Both the position numbers and the translations under genes were made by a program. From the NCBI GenBank assembly GCA_951406725.2, contig OX597814.1:88288001-88352000 (forward strand): a stretch of DNA of 64,000 nucleotides. The letters run 5' to 3'. Each line of letters opens with the position of its first letter. Position 1 is the first letter of the stretch. The notes beneath the pieces were generated by a model. It was not told where the DNA came from. It was given only the letters and a program-made list of their open reading frames with translations, and searched no databases. Positions 39,512 to 51,103 of this stretch are shown one piece after another. Source of the stretch: Octopus vulgaris. Taxonomy: Eukaryota.

Positions 39512-39728
39512 GAAGGCGGCAAGCTGGCAGAAACGTTAGCACGCCGGGCGAAATGCTTACCGGTATTTCGCCCGTCGCTACGTTCTGAGTTCAAATTCCA
39601 CCGAGGTCGACTTTGCCTTTCATCCTTTCGGGGTCGATTAAATAAGTACCAGTTACGCACTTGATGCGCGTGTCTGTCCTTGTTTGTCCTCTCTGTGTTT
39701 AGCCCCTTGTGGGTAGTAAAGAAATAGG
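39512..39728 (+). mobile_element. SINE family B copy followed by the start of a second unit
   Basis: AAGGCGGCAAGCTGGCAGAAACG...AAAGAAATA, then GGTATTTCGTCTGC. Confidence 0.85.
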
Positions 39729-39912
39729 TATTTCGTCTGCTGCTACGAAATGAATGATATTACCATCATTATATTTATCTAATACTGTTTCAAGTGCATA
39801 TATTCCATCTGTCCATCTTCGTCCGCTATTCCTAAGAGGAACTATACTGCAGAAACTGGTTTAGCGATAGTGTATATTACATTAAGAATGATGCATAGAT
39901 GGCTACTTAGAT

Positions 39913-40101
39913 CAGTGCTTTTCAAACTTTTTGCTGGAGCGGAACCCCAAGGAAACATTCTACTGGCTCGAAGAACCCCTGTGCAATAATTTAATAGTCT
40001 TATGCACAGGAGAATTAAAAATTACTGCCGATTTTAACAGTTTTGTAACTTCTTGCGGAACCCCTGGACTGTACTGGCGGAACCCTGGTTGAAAACCACT
40101 G
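39913..40101. mobile_element. hAT-type MITE with perfect 8-bp TSD
   Basis: TIR CAGTGCTTTTCAA / TTGAAAACCACTG. ACTTAGAT is present at 39905-39912 and 40102-40109. Confidence 0.9.
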
Positions 40102-41104
40102 ACTTAGATAATGGTTAGAATACTCCAGATAGTTTTTAAAACTTGACTTCATTTATAGCAACTCTGCAAGGTGAATGCTTACATTTACAATGTTATGTTA
40201 AAATGTATTAGATCTGGTTAGCAATTAACTAATGTAGAAAACTAGTACATAACTGAAAGTAAGACTCATGCTACCAAATGTGGCAGAACACAATAACTAG
40301 TATGCTACATTTCATTATGAAAAAAAATCGACGTCCATTATATTAAACTCACAAAAAAATGTGTTAATAACAAACTGTAGAAACGTCTTGTTCGTAAATG
40401 CTCGGTTACACAATCGACAATGATTTTGCAGTAATTGCTAACCTTTATAGCTCTTCACTGAAAATTGAACAAGTAGAGAACAAGGACAACTTGTTCTATT
40501 TTCATTCGGTTTTCGTTCCCTATGTGCATTTTATATTTTAACGATAAGTGTTTTCATTCTTTTTTTCTTTCTTTTACTTGTTTCATTCATTGGATTGCAG
40601 CTATGCTGGGGCTATGTCTTGAAAGATTTTAAGCTGGACAAACCGACACCCCAGTACTGGTACTAACTCTATTGGTCTCTTTTACCAAACCGCTAAACTA
40701 CGGGGAAATAAACAAACAACACCAGTTGTCATGCGTTGGTGCGCGCGTGCACGCACACACGTATATATACACACATATATATATACACACAGACACACAC
40801 ACGACAGGTTTCCACTTAGTGGGACTGGACTCGAAACGACGTGGTCGCAATACAAACTTCTTAACCACAGAGCCGTGCCTGCACTATTTTTTTCTTTTGC
40901 TTGTATATTTTTACTTGTATATATATATATATACAAATTGAGATAGGGGTTGTAAATGCAACCCCCCATGGGATAACATATATCCAATATACTGCTAGTG
41001 AAGTACCCAACAAAGTTAATACATAAATGTTAATGATTGCGATGCAATCAATTCATTTACTGTACTATATGGGCAAAGGTAAAATGATTTACCACAAATT
41101 ACTA

Positions 41105-41520
41105 ATACAAGATAAGAAAATGGAGAAATACATCTAAATCAAATATCAATTACCAGATAATACTCAATCACATACTTTATTAAACCACCACATAAGAGAC
41201 TGTAGGGTTAAATATAAAAAGCAGAACAAATCAGTGTACATAAAAAAGTGTACATAAAAGAGTAATGTTGTATAATAAGTAGAATATATATATAAGAGAA
41301 TATAAATATAAGTAAATATAAATATTATTCTACTTATTATACAACATTACTCTTTTATGTACACTTTTTATGTACATTCCTTTATGTACACTGATTTGTT
41401 CTGCTTTTTATATTTAACCCTACAGTCTCTTATGTGGTGGTTTAATAAAGTATGTGATTGAGTATTATCTGGTAATTGATATTTGATTTAGATGTATTTC
41501 TCCATTTTCTTATCTTGTAT
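41105..41520. repeat. Near-perfect long palindrome (~180-bp arms, ~40-bp AT spacer)
   Basis: 41105-41286 is the reverse complement of 41326-41520 apart from one short indel. Confidence 0.92.
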
Positions 41521-41584
41521 ATATATATATATATATATAGATAGATATGTGTGTATGTGTGTCGACTATATATCGACTAAGACT

Positions 41585-42414
41585 CTTCAAGGCGGTGCCC
41601 CAGCAAGAAACAAGTGAAAGTTAAAGGATGCACGAATGATTATGGTGGTGCCATGAAGTAAACGTACTTCAAGTACGCTCGTTTATTCATACGAACGTAA
41701 ATGAGATGAAATGTCTATGACTTTCGGGTTGCTTTAACACCCAGTTTACGAAAGAGTCATCCCCGAAGCGCTATGAGGCAGCGAACCGGCGAACAAGCAA
41801 AACGCACACATTGAGTATGTGCGTTCGATAATGTTTGTATGTATGTATTTTTTGGTGTTGATGTGTTAACGATCTTGTAACTTAACGATTCAGCATAAAT
41901 GACCGATAGAATAAGAACCAAGCTTTATAAAAAATATGCACTTGGCTCTATTCGTTCGACCAGGACCCTTCAAGGCGGTGCTCCAGCAAGAAACAAGTGA
42001 AAGTTAAAGGATGCACGAACGATTATGGTGGTGTCATGAAGTAAACGTACTTCAGATACACTCGTTTGTTCATATGAATGTAACTGAGATGAAATGTCTA
42101 TGACTTTCGGGTTGTTTTAACACCCAGTTTATGAAAGAGTCATCCCCGAAGCGCTATAAGGCAGCGAACCGGCGAACAAGCAAAACGCATACATTGAGTA
42201 TGTGCATTCGATAATGTATGTATGTATGTGTGTTTGTCCTCCACCACCGCTTGACAACTGGTGTTGATGTGTTTACGATCTCGTAACTTAGCGATTCAGC
42301 ATAAATGACCGATAGAATAAGAACCAAGCTTTAGAAAAATATGTACTTGGCTCTATTCGTTCGACTAGGACCCTTCAAGGTGGTGCCCCAGCAAGAAACA
42401 AGTGAAAGTTAAAA
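41585..42414 (+). repeat. Tandem duplication of a ~385-405-bp unit containing a SINE A 3' half
   Basis: CTTCAAGG(C/T)GGTG...CAGCAAGAAACAAGTGAAAGTTAAA recurs at 41585, 41968 and 42373. Confidence 0.9.
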
Positions 42415-42460
42415 GATAACAATGCCTTAGTATACTCCGTGACAATTCTGCGCGTGCGTG

Positions 42461-42498
<38 letters not shown>

Positions 42499-44649
42499 TG
42501 TGTGTATGTGCGCGTAATTGGGCATCTTAATTTTCTTACTGATGGAACATAATTGGTGTGGAATGTAGACAGAACAATTCAAGTATCCAGTGAGGAATAA
42601 ATAGAAAAGTGCATATCTGAGAATACTTTTTATACTGGCATAAAATCAAAGCCATATGTTTTTTTTTCCCCTCTTTCTATCACTCTTTCTCTCTCACTCA
42701 TTCACTCATTCTCGAATGCTAAACATACTGATTTAGCTTGCGAACAGGTTCATGGTTATTTTTATCACTTCCCTTTTCTGGTCTTCAAACATACAGAGAA
42801 GTTGGCAGCTGAAATACTACAATAATTTCCTGTTCTTGTTCATACAGAAACAACGGTAACAATATTAATGCTCTACTGGGTGCTAAATTTGCATGAAGAG
42901 GTTCCGGATCTTTACGTTCTGAGTTCGAATTCCGTTGAGGTCAACTTCGACTTTCATCTTTTCGGAGTCGATAAATTATAATACCAACCAAATAGTGACA
43001 TCTTTACTCGTTATTGGTGTGTGGGATGGTGTTTTAGTGTCGGATGTCGATTATGTAAGCGTATATGATCTTATTTTACTGGGTGGTGGTTATGTGTGGA
43101 TTAAGTTATATTCAGTAGAATGTATTGTGTGAATAAGAAAAAGAAAATAATAATAGTAATTGCTGTTATTATTATGGCGGCGAACTAGCAGAATAGTTAC
43201 TGCGTCAGATAAATTGCTTAGAAGCATTTCGTCAGACTTTACGTTCTGAGTTCAAATACCACCGAGGTCGACTTTGCGTTTCATCCTTTTGAGATTGATA
43301 AATTAAATACCAGTTGGACTCTGGGGTCGATGTAATCGACAAGCCCCACCCCAAATTTCAGGCCTTGTGCCTATTAGTAGAAAGGATAATTATTATCGTT
43401 GTTGTTAGGGTGGGGAGCTGGTAGAAATCGTTAGAGAGCCGGAAAAAATCTTTCATCCTTTTGGAGATCGATAAAATACAGTACCAGTCAAGAAATGGGA
43501 TCAATGGTATCGCGTCCCTTCGAAATTGTTCTCGAGTGCTCAGAATTCTCTCCCCCAGACAGGCAAAACGGTCAGTTGGTTGTCAATCATTGCAATCTCT
43601 AAAAGATTAGTGGTGGTCAAGAGCGGCTATATTCTCATGGAGACTAGGCGTCAACAACGATAAACTTAACAGTATGTTCTATATGACTTTTAGCCTGGGA
43701 TCTATGGATAGTTTCTCGATATCCCAAGCTTGACAGTGAGACCGAGAGGCATTGCTGGTTATTAACTGATCTGGAAATCCTGTAGACGACTGAAGATCAT
43801 TCCGCCATCTTTCTTGATCAGAAAGGCAAGTAATTTTTTTCTGTCTGTTTGCTATTACGAAAGCGGTTAGGTAGTGGACAGTACTGAATGAACTGAGGGC
43901 AGTTACTTTCCTCTTCGATAAGTCCCCATCAACTTAATCAAGCAACACTTGTAAAGGAAGGTGAGAGCGAAGGAGTAGGGGGAGATGCTGCATTGCAGTA
44001 AATTTGATGAAAGGTGAATAAAAATGGTAAAACCCGAATGAATGAACTTACTTTCAAAATGCACCTTTAAGCTGGTGAACGCAGTTAGTCCAGGACACTT
44101 GCACTGAGCAGCAAGGGTAAACCTAGACCTGAAGGATAACTAAATTGGTCCCAAGTGAATGTTCTCCTAGAGGCATGCTTCATTTCATCTCCTTTTGTAT
44201 TGCATCTTCATATTTAATTCTATGTAACGCCTCCCCCCGTTTTTGTGATATCACCTGTCAACCTTGTGGCAAGTCAAAGAACAATTATGAGTAATAATGT
44301 AGTAATTATAATTTACAACAAATGGACAAAATGCAGAGAAGAAAAAGGGTTCCTCAACATATTGAGATACCATTCCTGTATGTACTTGAAGGCTTCATAG
44401 CAATTTTATTTTTTACTTTCAATTTTCATTGTCAGGAAACTTTGCTGTGATCTTTATAGATGATGACTGAATTAGTAGGGCTGCCGGCTGAAATTTACTT
44501 AAGAAAGAGGTTAAGCAAACGATATTTCAATCCAACTCAGAAAAGAGCGTTAGTCTTAAAGTTAAATACCCGACATGGCATTGACGCATTCCCAATAGTT
44601 ACTTCAATTAAGCTGATTAAAATACACGCGAATCATCTAAAGTGGATTT

Positions 44650-45300
44650 GACTTAAGACTTGTGAGCTAGGGATCCAACAATTCGCGTATTCACTTACTT
44701 CCTGAGAAACTTATCAAGTTTCAGAGTCACAGTTGGTCAGCTGAAAAGGATTGCCCACTAAAAATCCCACTGTTTGTATAGTAATATTTCAATTCTAGTT
44801 TATAGAAGAAAAACTGCAGAAGTTTTTATATCCGTGACGTGAAAATACTGGAACCCATGCTCAAGATTAAAATCATGCAATCATCTAATAAATAAAAGTT
44901 TTAATTGGCTACTTATCAGATTTTGGAACTAATAGGTTTATAACAACCTCGAACTTGATCAATTCAAAATGAAACTAAGTATAGAAATCAATACTTGTAA
45001 AGAAATATCATTCTGCTTGATGGAATGTGTCTTGAAGATCTCAAAATAAACTGCATTCAGTGTGTTAAACAATGAAGCTATCATTGTCGCCTACGAAACT
45101 GTTCACGTGATAAACGAATATCTGATGTCAAAGTTTCCGGGAGAAGAAAACAGAGAATAGATTTCACTGTATATAACACACCGACACCATTGTTAAGTAG
45201 CCTTTAGTCAGAAATCCTATCAATTTATCCACCACCTTATAAACAACACAGTAAAGTTTCCTGACAATGAAACCCGAACCTAAAATTAAGTTGCGGTGAA
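44650..45300 (+). pseudogene. Possible Helitron Pif1-like helicase remnant
   Basis: ~45073-45160 translates to EAIIVAYETVHVINEYLMSKFPGEENRE*, resembling the Helitron 'RAIL.PTN..V..IN......PGE....Y' block. The rest is heavily decayed and the boundaries are approximate. Confidence 0.45.
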
Positions 45301-45323
45301 GTTTTCTTATACATACTAGATTG

Positions 45324-45463
45324 CAGTGGCGTAGCTACACTGTGCGCTGCTCAGAGTGGCCATTGAGTGCCCCCATTCCACTATACAGCAGACACAAAAG
45401 TGCCACACCTATAAAAGGGTCTCCCGAGGAGTGCCGTCTCCCACTCCACTAGCTATGCTACTG
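45324..45463. mobile_element. hAT-like MITE
   Basis: TIR CAGTGGCGTAGCTA / TAGCTATGCTACTG; no clean TSD. Confidence 0.5.
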
Positions 45464-45777
45464 CAACACTTGTATCCTAATACATTGAAGAACTCTTCTT
45501 CTTTACATTTCGCCTATCTGTTGCAAATTATAATTACTAATACTCGTTCCTTGATTTCCCACAAGGATACGGCTAAAGAAACATCAAAAGAACAAATTAC
45601 AAAAACGGAGAGGATTTACATAGAATTATTATTCTGCAGAGTTTCTAAATCAGTCGCAAACTGATTCAAATCATTTTTTAAATATCGTTTCAAAAAGGAA
45701 TATAATATATTATTATTGTTATTGAGATGTACTCGCATAGCAAGTAATTTGATCTGAGATCGTGTGCTGAAACGAAA

Positions 45778-45950
45778 ACAATTGCAGCGTGGAAGGTGTT
45801 TGTAAGCCAGCACGGATTTTTGTCAGTGAACAGGTCGCGGATTTTAGCGACAAAAATATTTTGACAAATTAAACTTAAATGTTGAAGTGAATCGAACGGC
45901 TTTTGTGTGTTTCTTAAATGGCTTACAAACACCTTCCACGCTGCAATTGT
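45778..45950. repeat. Perfect 32-bp inverted repeat with 109-bp spacer
   Basis: ACAATTGCAGCGTGGAAGGTGTTTGTAAGCCA at 45778-45809, reverse complement at 45919-45950. Confidence 0.9.
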
Positions 45951-47041
45951 ATTATTATTGAGATATCTTCAAAATGAACAGTTGCATAAACGCAGGGTAA
46001 AAGCAAAGTAAACCGCTGCACATTTTATACGATCAGTTCATTAAGGTGTCAAATGGAAAACGGAGAAATATGAGAGAAAAAAATTGCTGTTCATCAGGAG
46101 CATTCATATAATTTAAATACATGAAGTTAAGTTTCTTTTACGGGACAAAGAAACGGGCGCAGCCAAAAAACAAGGATGAAATAATTCTGATCTTGTAAAG
46201 AAGGCAGTGAGCTGGCAGAACCGTTAGCACGCCGGGCAAAATGCTTACCAGCATTTCATCCGTCTTAACGTTCTGCGTTCAAATTCCGCCGAGGTCAGCT
46301 TTGCCTTTCATCCTTTCAGGGTCGATAAATTAAGTACCAGTTGAGCGTTAGGGTCGATGTAATCGATTTGCCTCCATCCCCGAAATTGCTGGCCATGCGC
46401 CACAATTTGAAACCAATATATCTTGTAAAGAATTGTTTTATCTTATGTCTGATACTGGAGAAAAGAGAAACAGATTCTTTTAGATAACGGCAAAGACTTC
46501 ATTAACAATCTTTACAAAAAGATTTTGTAAGATTGCTTACTCTCTTTTCTGTTTCTTAATGTTTAAATTTTATATCTCCCATTTGATATTGCTCCAAATC
46601 TGACTGATACTTTAATCTATCTATCTATCTAACAACACAGCTTACATATGACGCTTTATCTAAAAACCGTTCCTAACCTCTGAAACGGTTACCAATTAAA
46701 ATAACTTTCTGAGACAATTCGAAACTTGTGGAGAGGAAAAAAAAAAGTGAAAAAGAAAATTATATAAAGAAACCAATTTGGCAGAAATATATGATGAAAA
46801 TGTATTACGTGTAATGCAGGAGAGGATGTAAACGCTTCTATGTAATATTAGAAATATCTAAAGTGCAAAGATAGACGTCGAGAGAAATCGAGGAAGTGGA
46901 AGAGATAAGAGAAGTTCAGACAGTTTATTAGAAACTCCAGTATTAAAATAGTAGCATCGGTTTTTGTTTTCGTCTTAGCAAAAGCTGTTTGATTTACCGA
47001 TGGATCCCGGAGTGTGACAGCATTGTGAACATATAAATATA

Positions 47042-47580
47042 GGCGTTGGCGTGGCTCTGTGGTAAGAAGCTCGCTTCCCAACCACATGGATCCGGGTTCA
47101 GTCCCACTGTGCGGCACCTTGGGTAAGTGTTTACTATAGCCCCGCGGCGAGCGGGCAGAAACGTTAGCACGTCGGGCGAAATGCGTAGCCGTATTTCGTC
47201 TGCCGTTATGTTCTGAGTTCAAATTCCGCCGAGGTCGACTTTGCCTTTCATCCTTTCGGGGGTCGATGAATTAAGTACCAGTTACGCACTGGTCAATATA
47301 ACCGACTTAATCCGTTTGTCCCCTTGTGGGTAATAAAGAAATAACTATAGCCCCGCGCCGACCAAAATCCTTGTGAGTATATTTGGTAGACGGAAACTGA
47401 AAGAAGCCGTCGCGCGTGCGTTTGTCTACCATCATCGCTTTACAACTGTCAAGTTACATTCCTGTAATTTAGCGGTTCCGTAAAAGTAGCCGATAGAATA
47501 AGTTCTAAGCTTAAAATAATAATAAAAAAAAAGGTATCAGCGGTGGTGCCCCAGCATGACCGCGGCCTTTGGGCTAAAAC
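47042..47580 (+). mobile_element. SINE A interrupted by a nested SINE B (~47147-47343)
   Basis: TSD ACTATAGCCCCGCG at 47133-47146 and 47344-47357. Confidence 0.85.
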
Positions 47581-47925
47581 ATTTTTAAGGATTTATTCGC
47601 GTCGTTTCATGCCACTAAAAGTAAACATTTTTCAAGGCGGTGCCCTACCATAGTCTAATGACTGAAACATGTAAAAGACGATGCTAGGTGTGCCGTAGTG
47701 TAACTTGAATATAATTTTTTTCCCTAGACTTTTAGTTATATTTTTAGTTCAGATGTGCCACCAAATTTTGAAAAGAATGTATTGCAAGTGAAAAAGAGTT
47801 GCGGAGCACTGTTCTACATTGACACAACCCATCTAGCTCTAGGAAATAGATACAAAACCACCTGGAAATGAAATACAGCACGGAATGAAAAAAAAAAAAG
47901 TTTAAAGTAAAAAAAAAATTTACAT

Positions 47926-48304
47926 GCGCAGGAGTGGCTGTGTGGTAAGTAGCTTGCTTGCCAACCACATGGTCCAGGTTCAGTCCCACTGCGTGGCACT
48001 TTGGGCGTCTTCTGCTATAGCCTCAGGCCGACCAAAGCCTTGTGAGTGGATTTGGTAGACGGAAACTGAAAGAAGCCTATCGTGTATATGTATATATATA
48101 TTTGTGTGTCTGTGTTTGTCCCCTCAACATCGCTTGACAACCGATGCTGGTGTGTTCATATCCCCGTAACGTAGCGGTTCGGCAAAAGCGACCGATAGAA
48201 TAAGTACTAGGCTTACAAAGAGTAAGTCCTGGGGTCGATTTGCTAGACTAAAGGCGGTGCTCCAGCATGGCCGCAGTCAAATGACTGAAACAAGTAAAAG
48301 AGTA
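47926..48304 (+). mobile_element. Full-length SINE family A
   Basis: Runs from the head GCGCAGGAGTGGCTGTGTGGTAAG to the tail GAAACAAGTAAAAGAGTA. Confidence 0.88.
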
Positions 48305-48426
48305 GAGAGAGTAATCTTTCGAAGAAATTGTAGAAGAAGCAAAAATATTTGTTTGGCCATTTGCGTAAATTTCTTTGATTTTTTTTCCAGCTGAACCATT
48401 ACGCTTAAGTATTTTTTGCGTATGTA

Positions 48427-49717
48427 CGAGAGACGTTCATTAAGTAATGCCTCTGACCCACTTGCAGTTGTTTGATCTAGCTGAAATTTTGCATGTGCAA
48501 TCATTTATATCTCTATAGAGTAAGTGGCAAATTACAGCTCTGAATTAATTGTGGTTTCTGATTTACAGGTGTTTGAACCGAGTCAAGTGTGAAATGGAGC
48601 CTGTTGAGTGTCGAGCAGTGATCCGGTTTTTGTATTTGAAAGGACGCACACCACGGGAGACATTTGATGAAATGAAAGTAACTTATGGTGATGATGCTCC
48701 ATCATATGACCTTGTAAAACGCTGGCATCGTGAATTCGAACATGATCGGAACTCTGTGGAAACAGCTCCCAGATCTGGTCGCCCCCTTCTGCCATTGACG
48801 AGGCATCTGTCCGTCAAGTTGAGGCTGCCATTTTGGAAGATCGACGCATAATTATTCGCCAAATAGCCCATGAGGTCAAGATTAGTACCGGGTCTGTGGA
48901 AACTATCATTCATGACCATTTGCATATGCAAAAGATGTCTGCCAGATGGATTCCCAGGTTGCTCACGCCTTTCCAGAAGCAAGAACGCGTTGAGTGCTCG
49001 AGGGTGAATTTGGAGATGTGCCAAGAAGATGAGTCAAAATTTTTCAAAAGACTGATTACACAGGATGAAACCTGGGTCCATCACGATGATCCAGAGACCA
49101 AATCCCAGTCAATGCAGTGGAAGCACCGTGACTCACCCCCTCCAAAGAAGGCAAGGGTGCAGCCCTCCGCTGGCAAGGTCATGCTCACAGTCTTCTGGGA
49201 CCAGGACGGAGTAGTGATAACAGATTTCCTGGCAAAGGGTACCACAATTGCAGGAGCCTATTATGCTTCACTTTTGAGGAAATTAAGAGAAGTTATCAAA
49301 ATCAAGAGGCGGGGCAAGATCAGCAAAGGCATCCTCCTCCTGCAGGACAACGCTCCGGTCCACAACTCGCTTGTCGCCAGATCAGAAGCACAGGCGTATG
49401 GCTATGAACTCCTCCCCATCCTCCCTACTTTCCTGACCTTGCACCCTCTGATTTTCACCTCTTCCCAATCATGAAGTTGTTTTTGAAAGGAAAGCGTTTC
49501 CCAGATGATGCAGCCTTGATTTCTGAAGTCACGTTGAGGTTGGAGGACCAAGCTGAGTTCTTCTACAAAAACGGTCTCCAGAGCCGCATCAAACGATGGG
49601 AGAAATGCGTAACTCTGGGTGGTTCCTATGTAGAAAAAGACTAATAACTGTGCCAAGTTTCGTTGCTCTACTGCTATGGGAAGTGGGTCAGGGGCATTAC
49701 TTATTGAACGCCCCTCG
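48427..49717 (+). mobile_element. Full-length (1291-bp) mariner transposon
   Basis: TA-flanked imperfect TIRs CGAGAGACGTTCATTAAGTAATGCCTCTGACCCACTT / AAGTGGGTCAGGGGCATTACTTATTGAACGCCCCTCG. Confidence 0.95.
48594..49644 (+). pseudogene. mariner D,D(34)D transposase with two frameshifts
   Basis: MEPVECRAVIRFL...PRSGRP / WIPRLL, ITQDETW, KVMLTVFWD, LLQDNAPVH / YFPDLAPSDFHLF...RWEKCVTLGGSYVEKD*. Frameshifts lie near 48785 and 49420. Confidence 0.92.
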
Positions 49718-51069
49718 TATGTGTTTTTGCGTGTCTGCTATTTTTTAATTATAATAAATCTTCCACTGAGGAGGGAGCCGGTTTTCAACAAAGATACATC
49801 TTTAGGATGTAGTTAACACAGAGAAATTCACATTTGGAACTTGCGAAAAGTCTTGCATACTTTTACTGTTCCACTCCAGATTGCACTTGTAATGTATAAA
49901 TTAGCCGGTTTATTCAGATTCTCCATATGTATGAATTTATGTGTATGCATGTATGTGTTTATATGTGTATGTAAGTATATGAATGTATGCGTTTATGTGC
50001 AGGTAGGTATATTTGTGTATGTGTATACACATACGTATACATATACATAGACAAAAATATTCATAAACGTAAGCGATTCGGTTGGAAAAAAAAAAAATTA
50101 ATAAAAAAATTTACGGAAATTGCCGAACAAATACTTTCACTTCTAAAAAAAAAAAAAAAGGTTAAAAAAGATATACGAATACACGTGGTGGTTCGCATGC
50201 CGATACCAGCCAAAACCTCTCTAATGATTATAGGGAACACTGCATAATATAGTCCTAGAAAAAAACTATAGATGAGAAAAGGTGGGGATGGTCATGGTTG
50301 GAATGCATTTGATCATAGGTTTGCTCGAGCGAAAAACTGATTTGAGTCGCAACAACGAACCTGATAAATGGTGGAAGATAATCTTTTTATCGAGATTTTA
50401 CTTTGTATGCTCCATGTCGTTTACGCACATAGACGAATGTACACACGCACGCGCGCGCATACACATTCAGAACTAAATACGATCCAGTTATGATTATATT
50501 TATTACACTTAATACCCTGCTACTTGTCAGATAAATATATTTGGAGTTATACAACATCTATTATGTAGAAATCTATTATTTTCTTTTCTATTTATCATTT
50601 TATTATTCATTAATACGATTTATTCCCGAACATGTTTATAATTTTTAAGGAATGCACGATTTGTGTAACAAACCCACATCGAAAGCCGGAAGAAAAACGT
50701 CCAGCAAATTATATCGAAAGAAAATCATCCTGATTCTACTAAATACGCACTAGACAAACAGTTTGATCGATAATTTAGGCGATATGGGCGTAGGTGTTAT
50801 ATCAGCACATCAAAATGATATATTAAACCAAAATATGCAATGTTGAGACAGGCTACTCTATTTGTGGGCAGCACAAGTACTTCTTACACGAATCATACTA
50901 ATGCTGCTCCTTCAGTGTACGCACACTAGTAGCAGATCATATATTTTTAAGCATTCGTATATATTTATTATTTTAGTGTATTTAGAACTGATGATTACAT
51001 ATTTAAGATAATTATGAAAAAACAAAAACAAAACAGTTTTACAAAATATATACGAGAAATAAATTATAT

Positions 51070-51103
<34 letters not shown>

